In this document: piece after piece, positions 36,255 through 47,125 of the stretch | How the letters are laid out: every line of letters starts with the position of its first letter | How positions within the stretch are numbered: position 1 is the first letter of the stretch | Source of the DNA: Candidatus Azobacteroides sp. | GTDB taxonomy: Bacteria > Bacteroidota > Bacteroidia > Bacteroidales > Azobacteroidaceae | DNA: 64,000 nt | Assembly: GCA_009783445.1 (NCBI GenBank) | Contig: WRFY01000124.1 | Location: forward strand, 2,171 to 66,170 | Reading direction: 5' to 3' | Notes under the pieces: generated by a model | Databases searched by the model: none | Told to the model about the DNA's origin: nothing | Seen by the model: the letters and a program-made list of their open reading frames with translations, nothing else | Translations under genes and position numbers: made by a program

Positions 36255-36818
36255 ATGGAAGAAAGAACTTTATACACCATCACCATATTCTCGGAAAATA
36301 CCGTTGGCTTGTTGAACCAAGTGACGATTATTTTTACTCGACGAAGATTGAATATTGAAACGCTCTCGGTTTCGCCATCCGCAATTGAGGGCATTCACAA
36401 ATTTACGATCACGACTTTTACCGATAGAGAAACGATTGACAAGGTTGTCAAACAAATCGACAAACGCGTGGATATCATAAAGGCTTATTACAATACCGAC
36501 GAAGACTTGGTTTTCGAGGAAATAGCGCTGTACAAAATATCTACTCCCAAGTTATTGTCTTTGGGTTCGATAGAAGATATTGTTCGGCGATACAATACCC
36601 GTATTCTGGACATGACCGAGATTTGGACTGTTTTGGAAAAAACAGGACATTACGACGAAACACAAGCCTTGTTCAACGAATTGAGCGCGAAAACAGGCGT
36701 ATTGCAATTCATCCGTTCTGGACGCATTGCCATCACCAAATCCAAAGTGGAACGCTTGAGCGATATGCTGGCGGCTATGGAAGAAAAACTAAATAGAGCG
36801 CCAATGCTTAATTTCTAA
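36255..36818 (+). CDS. ilvN: acetolactate synthase small (regulatory) subunit
   Basis: ACT-domain N-terminus LYTITIFSENTVGLLNQVTIIFTRRRLNIETLSVS. Start moved to the ATG at 36255 (MEERTLY...). Confidence 0.88.
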   Translation: MEERTLYTITIFSENTVGLLNQVTIIFTRRRLNIETLSVSPSAIEGIHKFTITTFTDRETIDKVVKQIDKRVDIIKAYYNTDEDLVFEEIALYKISTPKLLSLGSIEDIVRRYNTRILDMTEIWTVLEKTGHYDETQALFNELSAKTGVLQFIRSGRIAITKSKVERLSDMLAAMEEKLNRAPMLNF

Positions 36819-36823
36819 TTTTC

Positions 36824-37564
36824 ATGACATTGCCCAAAGTAGGTTCGTTTCAGTTTTATGTAGAATCGTATGTGTGTGATTTTACAGAAAAAGCAACGCT
36901 CACGGTGATCTGCAATTTTATTTTGGATGCAGCTTCTATTCATGCCCAACAGCGCGGATTCGGCTATGAGCAAATTTCGAAAGCCAAAGCCGCCTGGGTT
37001 TTATCGAGGCTGTCCATTGAAATGTATGAATATCCATGCCACAATCAGCATTTAACTGTTGAAACATGGGTAGAAAATGTGAGCCGCTTTTTCACTCAGC
37101 GTTGTTTTCGTTTCATCAGCCCAAATGAAAAAGTCTTGGGTTATGCGCGTACCATCTGGGCTGCTATTGATATTGCAACCCGCCGCCCCATTGACATTCC
37201 GGCATGGCGTCCTGATTTATTGGAATATCTCTACGCAGAAAAAGAATGTCCGATAGACAAAATGAATAAAATACCGGAAGTAGAAAACGAAGAACCAACA
37301 ATAGGTTATACGGTACGTTACAGCGATATGGACATCAATAAGCACATGAATAGCGTAAAATACATCGAACATATTATCAATGTATTTGATCTGAATATGT
37401 TCAAAGAAAAATTTATTCAGAAATTGGAGATTGTCTATTTGGCGGAAGGAAATTTTGGCGACAAACTGAAGTTATATAAACGGGAAATATCGCCGGATGA
37501 ATATTTGATCGACACGAAAAAAGGCAAAGAATCCATTTGCAGAAGCCGGATCATTTGGAAATAA
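36824..37564 (+). CDS. acyl-ACP thioesterase
   Basis: 246 aa with a double hot-dog pattern (...YSDMDINKHMNSVKYIEHI...). It occupies the position between ilvN and ilvC seen in Bacteroides ilv operons. Confidence 0.75.
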   Translation: MTLPKVGSFQFYVESYVCDFTEKATLTVICNFILDAASIHAQQRGFGYEQISKAKAAWVLSRLSIEMYEYPCHNQHLTVETWVENVSRFFTQRCFRFISPNEKVLGYARTIWAAIDIATRRPIDIPAWRPDLLEYLYAEKECPIDKMNKIPEVENEEPTIGYTVRYSDMDINKHMNSVKYIEHIINVFDLNMFKEKFIQKLEIVYLAEGNFGDKLKLYKREISPDEYLIDTKKGKESICRSRIIWK

Positions 37565-37603
37565 CAAAAAAACATATATTAACTTACAAAAAAAACAAAA
37601 ATT

Positions 37604-38650
37604 ATGGCAGTAATGAATTTTGGCGGAGTCGATGAACAAGTCGTTACACGCGAAGAATTTCCACTGGAAAAAGCAAAAGAGTTTTTGAAGAACGAAACCA
37701 TTGCCGTGATTGGTTATGGGGTACAAGGACCGGGGCAATCGCTGAATTTGCGGGACAATGGCTTCAATGTGATTGTCGGCCAACGCAAAGGGGGCAAAAC
37801 ATGGGAAAAAGCCATCGCCGACGGTTGGATCCCGGGCAAAACGCTTTTTGAAATAGAAGAAGCGGCAGAGAAAGGAACTATTATCCAATATTTGCTGTCC
37901 GATGCTGCGCAAATAGCAGTATGGCCTCGTATCAAACCTTATCTGACTGCAGGAAAAGCCTTGTATTTTTCTCACGGTTTTGGAATTACTTACAAAGATC
38001 GGACTGGGATTGTTCCTCCGGCTGATATAGACGTGATTTTAATAGCCCCCAAAGGTTCGGGTACTTCTTTGCGCCGGATGTTTTTGGAAGGGCGAGGCTT
38101 GAATTCGAGTTTTGCCGTTTTTCAGGACGCTACCGGCAAAGCGCGTGAACGAGTAATTGCTTTGGGTATCGGAGTGGGTTCGGGTTATTTATTCGAAACC
38201 GATTTCAAGCGCGAAGTATATTCCGATTTAACGGGCGAACGCGGAACGTTGATGGGCGCTATTCAAGGGATACTTTTGGCTCAGTATGAAGTGTTGCGCG
38301 AAAACGGACATTCTCCATCGGAGGCATTCAACGAAACGGTGGAAGAATTGACGCAATCGCTGATGCCTTTATTCGCAGAACGGGGAATGGATTGGATGTA
38401 TGCCAATTGTTCGACTACCGCCCAGCGAGGCGCATTGGATTGGATGGGAGCATTTCACGATGCTACCAAGCCGGTTTTTGAAAAAATTTATCGCGAAGTG
38501 GCTAACGGAAACGAAGCTCAACGTTCGATCGATACCAATTCCAAACCCGATTACCGCGAAGGTTTAGAACTCGAACTGAAAGCTTTACGCGAAAGCGAAA
38601 TGTGGCGGACAGGAGCTGTTGTCCGCAAGTTGCGGCCCGAAAATAACTAA
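37604..38650 (+). CDS. ilvC: ketol-acid reductoisomerase
   Basis: NADP-binding loop VIGYGVQGPGQSLNLRDNG, 348 aa and a conserved C-terminal knotted-domain sequence. Confidence 0.95.
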   Translation: MAVMNFGGVDEQVVTREEFPLEKAKEFLKNETIAVIGYGVQGPGQSLNLRDNGFNVIVGQRKGGKTWEKAIADGWIPGKTLFEIEEAAEKGTIIQYLLSDAAQIAVWPRIKPYLTAGKALYFSHGFGITYKDRTGIVPPADIDVILIAPKGSGTSLRRMFLEGRGLNSSFAVFQDATGKARERVIALGIGVGSGYLFETDFKREVYSDLTGERGTLMGAIQGILLAQYEVLRENGHSPSEAFNETVEELTQSLMPLFAERGMDWMYANCSTTAQRGALDWMGAFHDATKPVFEKIYREVANGNEAQRSIDTNSKPDYREGLELELKALRESEMWRTGAVVRKLRPENN

Positions 38651-38657
38651 TAAACGT

Positions 38658-38687
38658 TTCCTGGCGGACTACAGGGTCTGCCAGGAA
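38658..38687. terminator. bidirectional hairpin between the convergent ilvC and helicase genes
   Basis: 12-bp stem TTCCTGGCGGAC / GTCTGCCAGGAA (one G-U) with a 6-nt loop. Confidence 0.6.
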
Positions 38688-38702
38688 TTGGATTCCCCTT
38701 TT

Positions 38703-41411
38703 TCAGAATACCATATTCGGATTCAGAATATACATCCCGCGTTGTACGCGCACGAAAGCTTCTTTGCAATAAGGCGAATCTTTTTCTATTTCGTTGAGCG
38801 CTAAGATACTGTTGATATAAGTCCGTTTTTTGCGGTAGGAAGGCAAGATTTCATCGGGAATAAATTCGGCCCAAGCGGTTAATTCGTCCATTGTAAAAAC
38901 AGGGCGTCCATCCCGTATTTCATCTTGACTGTTCAAGCGATGCCGAGTGGCGGGTGCATTGCGCATCAGCATAATCAAGAAGAACAACATGCTATGGAAA
39001 CCTACTCGAAACTGCCGTTTCCCCTGTTCGTACACTAAGGCGGGCGGACACACTTTTTCCCAGCATTGTATCAGTGTCCGTTCGTCGGCAGATTGCGCTT
39101 GCTTTTGCTTGCTTTTCTTATTTTTCAGATAACTATCGAGCAAATAATCGGCCGCTAAACGTTTGGATTTGTCTAAAAGAGTGATGGAAGCTCCTTGTGT
39201 CAATAAATTAAGAGCTATTTCTACCTGCCCGTGGTGCAGTGCGATCATCAAGCCGGAAACATTGTCGTCGTTGGCAAAGTCTACTCCATATTTCTGGATA
39301 GTCGTTTGGATCTTCGATTTATTGCCTAAGCGCAGATTTTTCTCATATTCCTTGCGATCGGTACGCAATTCCTTCATATACAGAATAGCACGCTGAAATT
39401 GCAACCGAGCTAAAGCGTCTGCCCAATCGTAGCGGCGGTGATGGATAGCGTATTGAAACAGTTGTTTGCGCTCCCGTTTCACTTCGGCTTCTTTCAATGC
39501 GGGGTTGAGCGCTCGCTCGCGAACGATCTCCAATTGTTCTGGGCTAAGATATTCATAACCGAGGTATTTAGCGCGTATTTGCTCCGCTTGCTCCTGTTTG
39601 CCCTGTTCTTCGAGACGGCGGGCTTCGTCGAGCCATTCCTCTTTCGACGATTTGGCTTCGCGAACCTGTATCTCAGCCTTGTTTTCCTGCATTTGCAAAA
39701 GCTTCAGCATAGGATGGTTGGCGAGCCGCTCGAAGATGTAAATGTTTTTGATAGCGCGCGTGATGGCCACATAGAAGGAGTTGATGTAAAATTTGTAGAT
39801 TTCGGCATCCTTATCGTGCTTATCGCCGGAGCGGTTGTAGCGCAACTCTTCCTGCTGGAGGTCTTCGGCGCTTACTCCTGAGGTGATTTCGCGATACTCT
39901 GCTTCGTGAGAAGAGATGAAATCGGCGAGTATCACATTTTCATATTCCAAACCTTTGGCTTCGTGAATACTGAATATCAGCGGCGTTTTGAAGAAGCGGG
40001 CGGCTTGCGCCTTTTGCGCGTTGGAAGGAACAATAACGGCGTATTTGGCGCTGTCTTGCGTACGGCGATTCAACTCTTGCTTTTTTTTGTCATCGTTGCC
40101 GTAAAGCAAAACTTCGCCTTTTTCATGACTCACGGTATCTACCAAGTAGTTGCTTTCGCGGTCGATAGAGCCGAAACGAGCATTTTTGATTTTCAGCAAA
40201 TTGTTGCTCAATTCTACTACATTCAAACTGTTGCGGTAGTTTGTACGCAAAATTTTAATCGGATTGCCTTTCTCTTTGGCATCGCCTGAATGGTAGAAAT
40301 AAGTTTTTATTTTACTCCACGAAAAAAAATTGGGATGGACGATCTGGTTGCTATCGCCGGTGAGAATAAAGTGCGTGGATTTTTTCAGCGAAGCAAGAGC
40401 GCATTTCAGCTGGATATTGGTCATGTCCTGCACTTCATCAATCATCACATAATCATAACAAGGTTTTACCTTTTGCAAATAGTCAAAGCAAAGGATATTC
40501 CCATCGTATAGATTTTCCTCGCCCAACCATTCAAGGTATTTGGTAAAGATAGGATAGAGGCGTTCCCTTTCGGGAAGCGAAAATATGGATTGTTTAACGC
40601 CCAACCCCAAATATTCTTCTTGCGATAGCCAGGCCGTATGAATGGGAGAACCGGTAATAACGCCTTTAAATTCTTCATAGACACGATACGGCTCATTGAT
40701 TTTCACCACATGCTGGTAGCGCGAGTACCAACGTTCGAAAATGTTGAAATCGACTTCGCGCCCGTCAGGTTTTTGCCACAAAGCAAGATAATCGCGGAAA
40801 GAGAGAAAGTCGGCATCTTGCATTTCATTATCGTATCCGTAGGAATAATAGAGATTGGATGCGTTATCAACCAAATACTTCGACAAAGAAAGATAGGCTA
40901 CGTTACCCGGCAATTCTTTGAGCTTTTCCAGTACAAGCGCCGTCTTACCACTTCCCGCAGAACCCACAATAATGAGCGGCGGATGCAACGTATAGACCGA
41001 TTGCTGAAACTGATCGAAAGAAATAAACTTGTTGAGCGTATGGATAGCCTTATTTTCGGGATGAATATAAGGCAATTCGATCGTCGTTTTTTCTATCTCT
41101 TTATCAGTCGATTCAATACGCATGAGACGGTCTTCCTCCACGGGCGCGCCTCCCCGCAAAAAGCGGCTGCGAGCATAATTGTGATCTTTAATCACTTCGA
41201 GCAAAAGAAGATATTTATGTTGCTGGCAAGTAACAAAATTAAATAAGAGACGATCTCGAATATCCAACCTGGCTCGATAAAAATTCGTACCCGTCATTTT
41301 GCGAACATCCGCGCTTTTGAAATCGCCCGCCTGCAGTTGCTTCAAAGTCTTGGGAAAAGTCTTTTCAACCGACTGAATGTCTAAATCACTATGATATAAT
41401 ATATCAAACAC
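38703..41411 (-). CDS. multidomain SF1 (UvrD-like) helicase with a RelE/ParE-like N-terminal domain and an ankyrin-like C-terminal region
   Basis: Walker A VGSAGSGKT, IDEVQDMT (motif II) and IHEAKGLEYENVILADF (UvrD C-terminal). The N-terminal ~90 aa show a RelE/ParE-like pattern (VRKMTGTNFYRARLDIRDRLLFNFV...YLLLLEVIKDHNY). A coiled-coil follows the helicase core, then GLMIALHHGQVEIALNLLTQGASITLLD. Confidence 0.75.
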   Translation of the reverse strand: MFDILYHSDLDIQSVEKTFPKTLKQLQAGDFKSADVRKMTGTNFYRARLDIRDRLLFNFVTCQQHKYLLLLEVIKDHNYARSRFLRGGAPVEEDRLMRIESTDKEIEKTTIELPYIHPENKAIHTLNKFISFDQFQQSVYTLHPPLIIVGSAGSGKTALVLEKLKELPGNVAYLSLSKYLVDNASNLYYSYGYDNEMQDADFLSFRDYLALWQKPDGREVDFNIFERWYSRYQHVVKINEPYRVYEEFKGVITGSPIHTAWLSQEEYLGLGVKQSIFSLPERERLYPIFTKYLEWLGEENLYDGNILCFDYLQKVKPCYDYVMIDEVQDMTNIQLKCALASLKKSTHFILTGDSNQIVHPNFFSWSKIKTYFYHSGDAKEKGNPIKILRTNYRNSLNVVELSNNLLKIKNARFGSIDRESNYLVDTVSHEKGEVLLYGNDDKKKQELNRRTQDSAKYAVIVPSNAQKAQAARFFKTPLIFSIHEAKGLEYENVILADFISSHEAEYREITSGVSAEDLQQEELRYNRSGDKHDKDAEIYKFYINSFYVAITRAIKNIYIFERLANHPMLKLLQMQENKAEIQVREAKSSKEEWLDEARRLEEQGKQEQAEQIRAKYLGYEYLSPEQLEIVRERALNPALKEAEVKRERKQLFQYAIHHRRYDWADALARLQFQRAILYMKELRTDRKEYEKNLRLGNKSKIQTTIQKYGVDFANDDNVSGLMIALHHGQVEIALNLLTQGASITLLDKSKRLAADYLLDSYLKNKKSKQKQAQSADERTLIQCWEKVCPPALVYEQGKRQFRVGFHSMLFFLIMLMRNAPATRHRLNSQDEIRDGRPVFTMDELTAWAEFIPDEILPSYRKKRTYINSILALNEIEKDSPYCKEAFVRVQRGMYILNPNMVF

Positions 41412-41898
41412 TCTTCAATAATTATATAACAATTTTTCATTTTGGAGCACGACGCTTGCGCCTCCAAAAAGCGATACAAAAATAAGGCCAAGTTTTCATT
41501 TTTCCAACTACCTCGATTTGTTTTATTTTTTGTCAATGGAGAAAATAGGCCAGATATCTTCCGCATGCTCCAGCTTACCCCTCAGCCTGCAGATGAGCAT
41601 TCGGTGAAAATAGCGGGTCAAGCGCACCCGAACAGAATCCACAATTAGCAATTTTTCTCATTTTTCTGTTAGTTTTAAAGAAATTTATAGAAGACTGTCT
41701 ATAGGCTATATAAGCGCATACACAGGGGCTATGTAACAACAAACAAAAAACACGATACATTTTGAACAAATCAAGTAACGCATAAAAAGCCGATTGTCTG
41801 TAAATATTTCCTATCTTTGTAAGATGCAAAAGGGGCATAAAATATTTTTTGCAGCTTTTGAAGTGGTATTTGTAACTTTATTAAAAAAAGGTATTTTT

Positions 41899-44800
41899 AT
41901 GAAAAAAATCAAATTTTTTATTTTATTCCTTTGGATTCCTTTTTGTCTATCAGCTCAAGACTTATCTGTGTCTGGTACGGTGAAAGATAAAAACGGCGAT
42001 GCGCTGATTGGCGTGAGCATTGTAGAAAAAGGGACTACAAATGGGACGGTCACCGATATAGACGGTGAATACTCTTTGAAAGTGTCGAGTAACGCGACAC
42101 TTGAATTTTCGTATATAGGCTTTACTACCCAATCGATCCCCGTTCAGGGACGAAGCCGGCTTATTGTGGTTATGGAAGAAGACACCAAAGCTCTGAGTGA
42201 AGTGGTGGTAATCGGGTACGGTACTCAACGGAGAGAAGCCGTAACCGGATCGGTAGCTTCCATACAGGGTAACGTGTTGCGCGATATACCTGCCGGTAAT
42301 GTTACCAACGCTTTGCAAGGACGTTTACCCGGCGTGGTGATGACGCAAACCAACTCGCAGCCCGGACAGAACATGCAGATTCGTATCCGCGGTACCCGTT
42401 CATTAAATGCTACCAACGATCCGCTGGTAGTATTAGACGGTATTCCTTTTGCAGGCAATATCGGCGACATCAACCCGAGCGACATTAAAGCCATTGACAT
42501 CCTGAAAGATGCGTCCGCTACCGCGATTTACGGTTCGAGGGGTGCAAACGGCGTCATTATGGTAACCACCTATAAAGGAAATCTCGGACAACAAGCGCGC
42601 GTCTCCTACGACGGCTATTACGGCGTGGTTACGTTGTTTCACCGATATCCCATGATGACCGGAGACCAGTTATACCGATTAAGAGGAGTCGCCGCTAAAT
42701 ACACGATGACGGATGAAAACGGGAATCTTGTACCTGCATTGGGTCGAGATGAACAGCTGGGACAAAATAGCGATTGGCAAGACTTCCTGTATAAAAAAGA
42801 AGGAATGACCACGAATCATCACATCAATGTAACGGGTGGAACCGACAAGGCTTCGTATAATTTCGGCGCAGGATATTTCAAACAAACATCCCTTCTACCG
42901 GAGCAGGATTACAGCCGTTTTAACCTGAACTCTAGTCTCGACCAGCAAATCGGCCAATACATCAAAGTAGGTTTTACCACCAATACGAACTATGCCCTGA
43001 CCAACGGACAAAACCTGAGTTTGGTTCAGGATTTATTATTGTCTCCGTTAATTAATCCTTACAACGAGGACGGCAGTTGGAAAAACTTAGGCTCCGACCC
43101 TATAAACGCCAATCAATGGCTTTATTCCAGAAAGACTTCGGAATCCTTTGGCGATAGGTATGCCGATAACCAAAAAACGTTCGGGACTTATAACTCCATC
43201 TATGGCGAAGTGAAAATACCCGGCGTGGAAGGTTTGAGTTACCGCATCAATATCGGCTTAAATTATTGGACGCTTAACAGAGGACAATACCGCGGCGTCG
43301 GCGTTTTTGCCAGCGGTCTATCTACCGCATCTGTGCAACAGCAAAACAATACGAACTGGGCGGTAGAAAATATCTTGACATACGACAAGTATTTTGATAA
43401 ACATCACATTAATTTAACCGGCTTGTATTCGGGAGAGCAAACGCAATCCACTCAAACGTATGTTTCTGCCACCAATGTGCTTGCAGACTTTTTCCAGTAT
43501 TACAATTTGGGGCAAGTGGAAAATTCCGGAACTGATATTGTGGTTAACCCGAGTAATTCAAACGGGCAGGGTCAGTATTTAAACAAGTTTGGTCTGATAT
43601 CGTGGATGGGACGCGCCATGTATGATTACGACAGCCGCTATATGCTGTCGGTTGCAATGCGTGGGGACGGCTCTTCGCGTTTAGCGCCCGGACATCAATG
43701 GCATGTCTATCCCGCTATTTCCGCCGGCTGGAATATATCCCGCGAAGCATTTATGGACGATGTGCAGGGGGTGAATAATCTGAAATTACGCTTAGGGTGG
43801 GGACAAACGTCCAACCAAGCCATAGATCCGTATCAAACGCTTGGACAACTTTCATCGCAACCGTATAATTTTGGTGCGACCACTGCTACCGGGTATTATG
43901 TTAGCCTGGCGCCGAATCCTGATTTGGGTTGGGAATATTCCAAAACATGGAACTTCGGGATTGATTTCGGATTTCTCAAGAATCGTTTAACCGGTTCGAT
44001 TGATTATTATGCGGTAAAAACAACCGACCTTCTTTACAAGATATCCTTACCTCGAACTTCGGGAGTAGATCAACAAACGGCCAACGTGGGCAGTTCGCAA
44101 AACAAAGGTCTTGAGATTGCTTTGAACGGAACGATTTTTGACAATCCGGACGGTTGGTCTTGGGATATCGGCGTCAACTTTGCGGCCAATAAAAATAAGA
44201 TTACCAGCATTGGAGGGGGTAGACTTTATGATATCACGAATTTCTTTTTTGTAGGTCAGCCGATTAACGTCATTTACGATTATAAAAAAATAGGGATTTG
44301 GCAGCAAAACGACCCGTATTTGAATATTTTGGAACCGGGCGGAAATCCGGGTATGATTAAAGTATTGTATACTGGCGACTACAATCCGAACGGTACTCCC
44401 GTCAGACAAATCGGTACCTCCGGCGTTTACGGCAACGGGACCGACGATAGACAAGTCATGGGAGTGGATCCTTCCTGGCAAGGCGGTTTCAATACGCGCG
44501 TGGCTTATAAAAATGTGGACTTGACGGTACTGGGCACTTTTCAGCACGGCGGTTTGTTGATTAGCAGTCTTTACAACTCTGCCGGCTATTTGAATAATTT
44601 AACTGGACAACGCGGGAATGTTGACGTTGATTATTGGACTCCGACCCATACTTCCGGTACCTACCCATTGCCAGGGGGTGCGCCAACAGGCGATGGTCCT
44701 AAATATGGTTCTACCCTGGGTTATTTTGACGCCTCTTATTTGAAAGTAAGCAACATTACATTGGGATATAATTTTAACCAAACTCAATGGATGAAATATT

Positions 44801-45042
44801 TGGGCGTAGATCGGGCACGCGTATATTTTACGGTACAAAACGCTTTTGTGCTCTTTTCGCCTTATAACAACCAGTCAGGTCAAGATCCCGTAACGAATTC
44901 TACGAACGCGAACACGAATGGCAGCAACCCATTCGTTGCAACAACCAATACAACGAATATTGGTAGAACAGTGCTGCCCATGGTGGGCGCCAACACGCCG
45001 TCAACGCGTACTTACCTTTTAGGACTAAATGTATCGTTTTAA
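41899..45042 (+). CDS. SusC/RagA family TonB-linked outer membrane protein
   Basis: Signal peptide, CarboxypepD_reg (VSGTVKDKNGDALIGVSIVEKGT), a plug (IDILKDASATAIYGSRGANGVIMVTT) and a C-terminal barrel ending in F. Start moved to the ATG at 41899. Confidence 0.92.
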   Translation: MKKIKFFILFLWIPFCLSAQDLSVSGTVKDKNGDALIGVSIVEKGTTNGTVTDIDGEYSLKVSSNATLEFSYIGFTTQSIPVQGRSRLIVVMEEDTKALSEVVVIGYGTQRREAVTGSVASIQGNVLRDIPAGNVTNALQGRLPGVVMTQTNSQPGQNMQIRIRGTRSLNATNDPLVVLDGIPFAGNIGDINPSDIKAIDILKDASATAIYGSRGANGVIMVTTYKGNLGQQARVSYDGYYGVVTLFHRYPMMTGDQLYRLRGVAAKYTMTDENGNLVPALGRDEQLGQNSDWQDFLYKKEGMTTNHHINVTGGTDKASYNFGAGYFKQTSLLPEQDYSRFNLNSSLDQQIGQYIKVGFTTNTNYALTNGQNLSLVQDLLLSPLINPYNEDGSWKNLGSDPINANQWLYSRKTSESFGDRYADNQKTFGTYNSIYGEVKIPGVEGLSYRINIGLNYWTLNRGQYRGVGVFASGLSTASVQQQNNTNWAVENILTYDKYFDKHHINLTGLYSGEQTQSTQTYVSATNVLADFFQYYNLGQVENSGTDIVVNPSNSNGQGQYLNKFGLISWMGRAMYDYDSRYMLSVAMRGDGSSRLAPGHQWHVYPAISAGWNISREAFMDDVQGVNNLKLRLGWGQTSNQAIDPYQTLGQLSSQPYNFGATTATGYYVSLAPNPDLGWEYSKTWNFGIDFGFLKNRLTGSIDYYAVKTTDLLYKISLPRTSGVDQQTANVGSSQNKGLEIALNGTIFDNPDGWSWDIGVNFAANKNKITSIGGGRLYDITNFFFVGQPINVIYDYKKIGIWQQNDPYLNILEPGGNPGMIKVLYTGDYNPNGTPVRQIGTSGVYGNGTDDRQVMGVDPSWQGGFNTRVAYKNVDLTVLGTFQHGGLLISSLYNSAGYLNNLTGQRGNVDVDYWTPTHTSGTYPLPGGAPTGDGPKYGSTLGYFDASYLKVSNITLGYNFNQTQWMKYLGVDRARVYFTVQNAFVLFSPYNNQSGQDPVTNSTNANTNGSNPFVATTNTTNIGRTVLPMVGANTPSTRTYLLGLNVSF

Positions 45043-45073
45043 CACATTGTTTATTTAAAATAAATTAAATTGT

Positions 45074-47083
45074 ATGAAGAATATAAAAAATAAAATAGCA
45101 ATAACGGGACTTGTCCTGATGTCTTTATATATGGGAGCTTGTTCCGACAGTTTATTGGAGGAACACCCGCGCTCATCCTTTACGGCGGACTATTTTAAAA
45201 CGCCGGAAGGAGTTGCATCCGGCTTAACGGCGTTGTATCAGAATTTACGCCAAGAGTATGGCGGTTACTATTTGTCGGCTTGCGAAAACAGCACGGATGA
45301 ATATACCTACGGCAACAGCGCCGATAATAATCAATGGGATATTGACATGACGCCGGGCAGAGGCGCAGGCATCACTTCCTCTACTTGTCGCTCGGATGTA
45401 TTATGGAATGCGATGTTTGCCAATATCAATACGGCAAATGGCATTATTCAATACGGCGACGCGGAATCTAACGCTTCCCTGATAGCGGAAGCCAATTTTT
45501 TCCGCGCTTTCGACTATTTCATGCTGGTACAAACCTTCGGCGGCGTGCCGCTGGACTTCGGCTCTGGCGAATTGCAGTTTAACACCAGCGCCGCAACTAC
45601 TTCCGTGCGTAATACCGTGCCGTATGTGTATACCAAAGCAATATTTCCCGATTTGTTGAAAGCAATAGATAATTTGCCCGAAACGGGACGATATGTCTCC
45701 GGAAATATGAATGCCGGTTCCACAGCGACTAAAACTTTGGCTCGTCTGTATTTAGCCAAAGCCTACTTGACGTATGCATGGTGGTTGGAAAATCCGAACA
45801 ACATCTCTACTTATCCCAAATGCGACCGCACCGATCCAGACGAACATAATGCTTCTTGGTATTTTCAACAGGCCTACAACATTGCAACAACGGCGATCGC
45901 GAATCCCGGACCTTTCGGCTTGCAACCCACCTTTTACGACCTCAACGTGGCAAGCAACGATCGCAATAACGAACAATTACTGTATGCTGACCATATTGGA
46001 AACAACGATTTTTACAATGGAGGAGGCTCCAATGGAGGAGGAAATGTAGGATCTCCGCAAAATAATGCTTGCTGGCTGACGACTTGGAATTATACGTTAA
46101 TTGGAAACGGTACTCCCGTACAACGCGAAGAGTCGCAAGATCTGGGACGGCCTTGGAGTCGCATGGCGCCTCCAGTGGAAGTCTTTACGAAAACTTTTGC
46201 GGATAAAACCAACGATTCCCGTTACGACGGTACCTTTACTACGGTTTATCGCGGCAACTGGAATAAATCCGGAGCGGCTGATGCAACCATCAAGACACCT
46301 ACTTTAACAAATGCCAACGGATTGTCCATTGCTCCCGGAGACCCTGTGCTGACTTTCTTAAACGAGGATGACGACGCCATACAGTATCCGGCCGATTTCA
46401 AAGGAACCAGCGGCTTAGGCTTAGGAACTTTGGCCGGCAGATCCGATTATGTGGTAGGGCCGAGTGCGATTAGCCGCGGCGTTTACCCCAATTTATGGAA
46501 AATTGGACCGGTAGGGCCTGCTGACGCCAGCACAGTGATTGGAACGAATGCCGCTAACTCCAGCAATATTCGTCCATGGTTTATCGCGAAGTTTTCTGAA
46601 CTGTTCTTTATCGCTGCGGAAGCGGCCGTAAAAGGCGCCGCTACGCAAGCGGTAGCCGGACCTTATAACAATGACGGAACAGCAAGAGGTCTGATTAATG
46701 TCATTCGCGCCCGCGCCGGCAAATGGAGTTGGGACAACGGAGGCAATGTTGCGAAGGTGCTGAACAATAGCGACGCCATGACGGCCGCTACGCCAGCGAC
46801 GATTGATATTTATTACATTTTGGCGGAACGCAGCCGCGAATATTTCGGCGAAGGCTACCGCTGGTACGATTTGGTACGCACGCAAACATGGTCGGAAATC
46901 GCAGCAACTTACAGCATTTGCGAATCTCCCGCTACCAATACGACCGACCATACGCCGAAACCTTATACGCGTACCGCGATAGACGATCACTATTACTTGC
47001 GTCCGATTCCGTCATCGCAAATTTCCTCGTTGTCGATGAGCGATGACGAAAAAACGGCTTATCAAAATCCGGGATATAAATAA
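45074..47083 (+). CDS. SusD/RagB family nutrient-binding outer membrane lipoprotein
   Basis: Lipobox (YMGACSD), TPR-like SusD features (RAFDYFMLVQTFGGVPL; ERSREYFGEGYRWYDLVR) and a position downstream of SusC. Confidence 0.9.
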   Translation: MKNIKNKIAITGLVLMSLYMGACSDSLLEEHPRSSFTADYFKTPEGVASGLTALYQNLRQEYGGYYLSACENSTDEYTYGNSADNNQWDIDMTPGRGAGITSSTCRSDVLWNAMFANINTANGIIQYGDAESNASLIAEANFFRAFDYFMLVQTFGGVPLDFGSGELQFNTSAATTSVRNTVPYVYTKAIFPDLLKAIDNLPETGRYVSGNMNAGSTATKTLARLYLAKAYLTYAWWLENPNNISTYPKCDRTDPDEHNASWYFQQAYNIATTAIANPGPFGLQPTFYDLNVASNDRNNEQLLYADHIGNNDFYNGGGSNGGGNVGSPQNNACWLTTWNYTLIGNGTPVQREESQDLGRPWSRMAPPVEVFTKTFADKTNDSRYDGTFTTVYRGNWNKSGAADATIKTPTLTNANGLSIAPGDPVLTFLNEDDDAIQYPADFKGTSGLGLGTLAGRSDYVVGPSAISRGVYPNLWKIGPVGPADASTVIGTNAANSSNIRPWFIAKFSELFFIAAEAAVKGAATQAVAGPYNNDGTARGLINVIRARAGKWSWDNGGNVAKVLNNSDAMTAATPATIDIYYILAERSREYFGEGYRWYDLVRTQTWSEIAATYSICESPATNTTDHTPKPYTRTAIDDHYYLRPIPSSQISSLSMSDDEKTAYQNPGYK

Positions 47084-47125
47084 TTGAACTTATTGAATTT
47101 ATTAAAATTATTAAAATTAAAAATT

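Noticed and set aside
41412-41898. Several 60-90-aa ORFs on both strands between the helicase gene and SusC.
   Set aside because: They overlap each other, lack motifs and sit in a typical divergent promoter region. They are regarded as non-coding.
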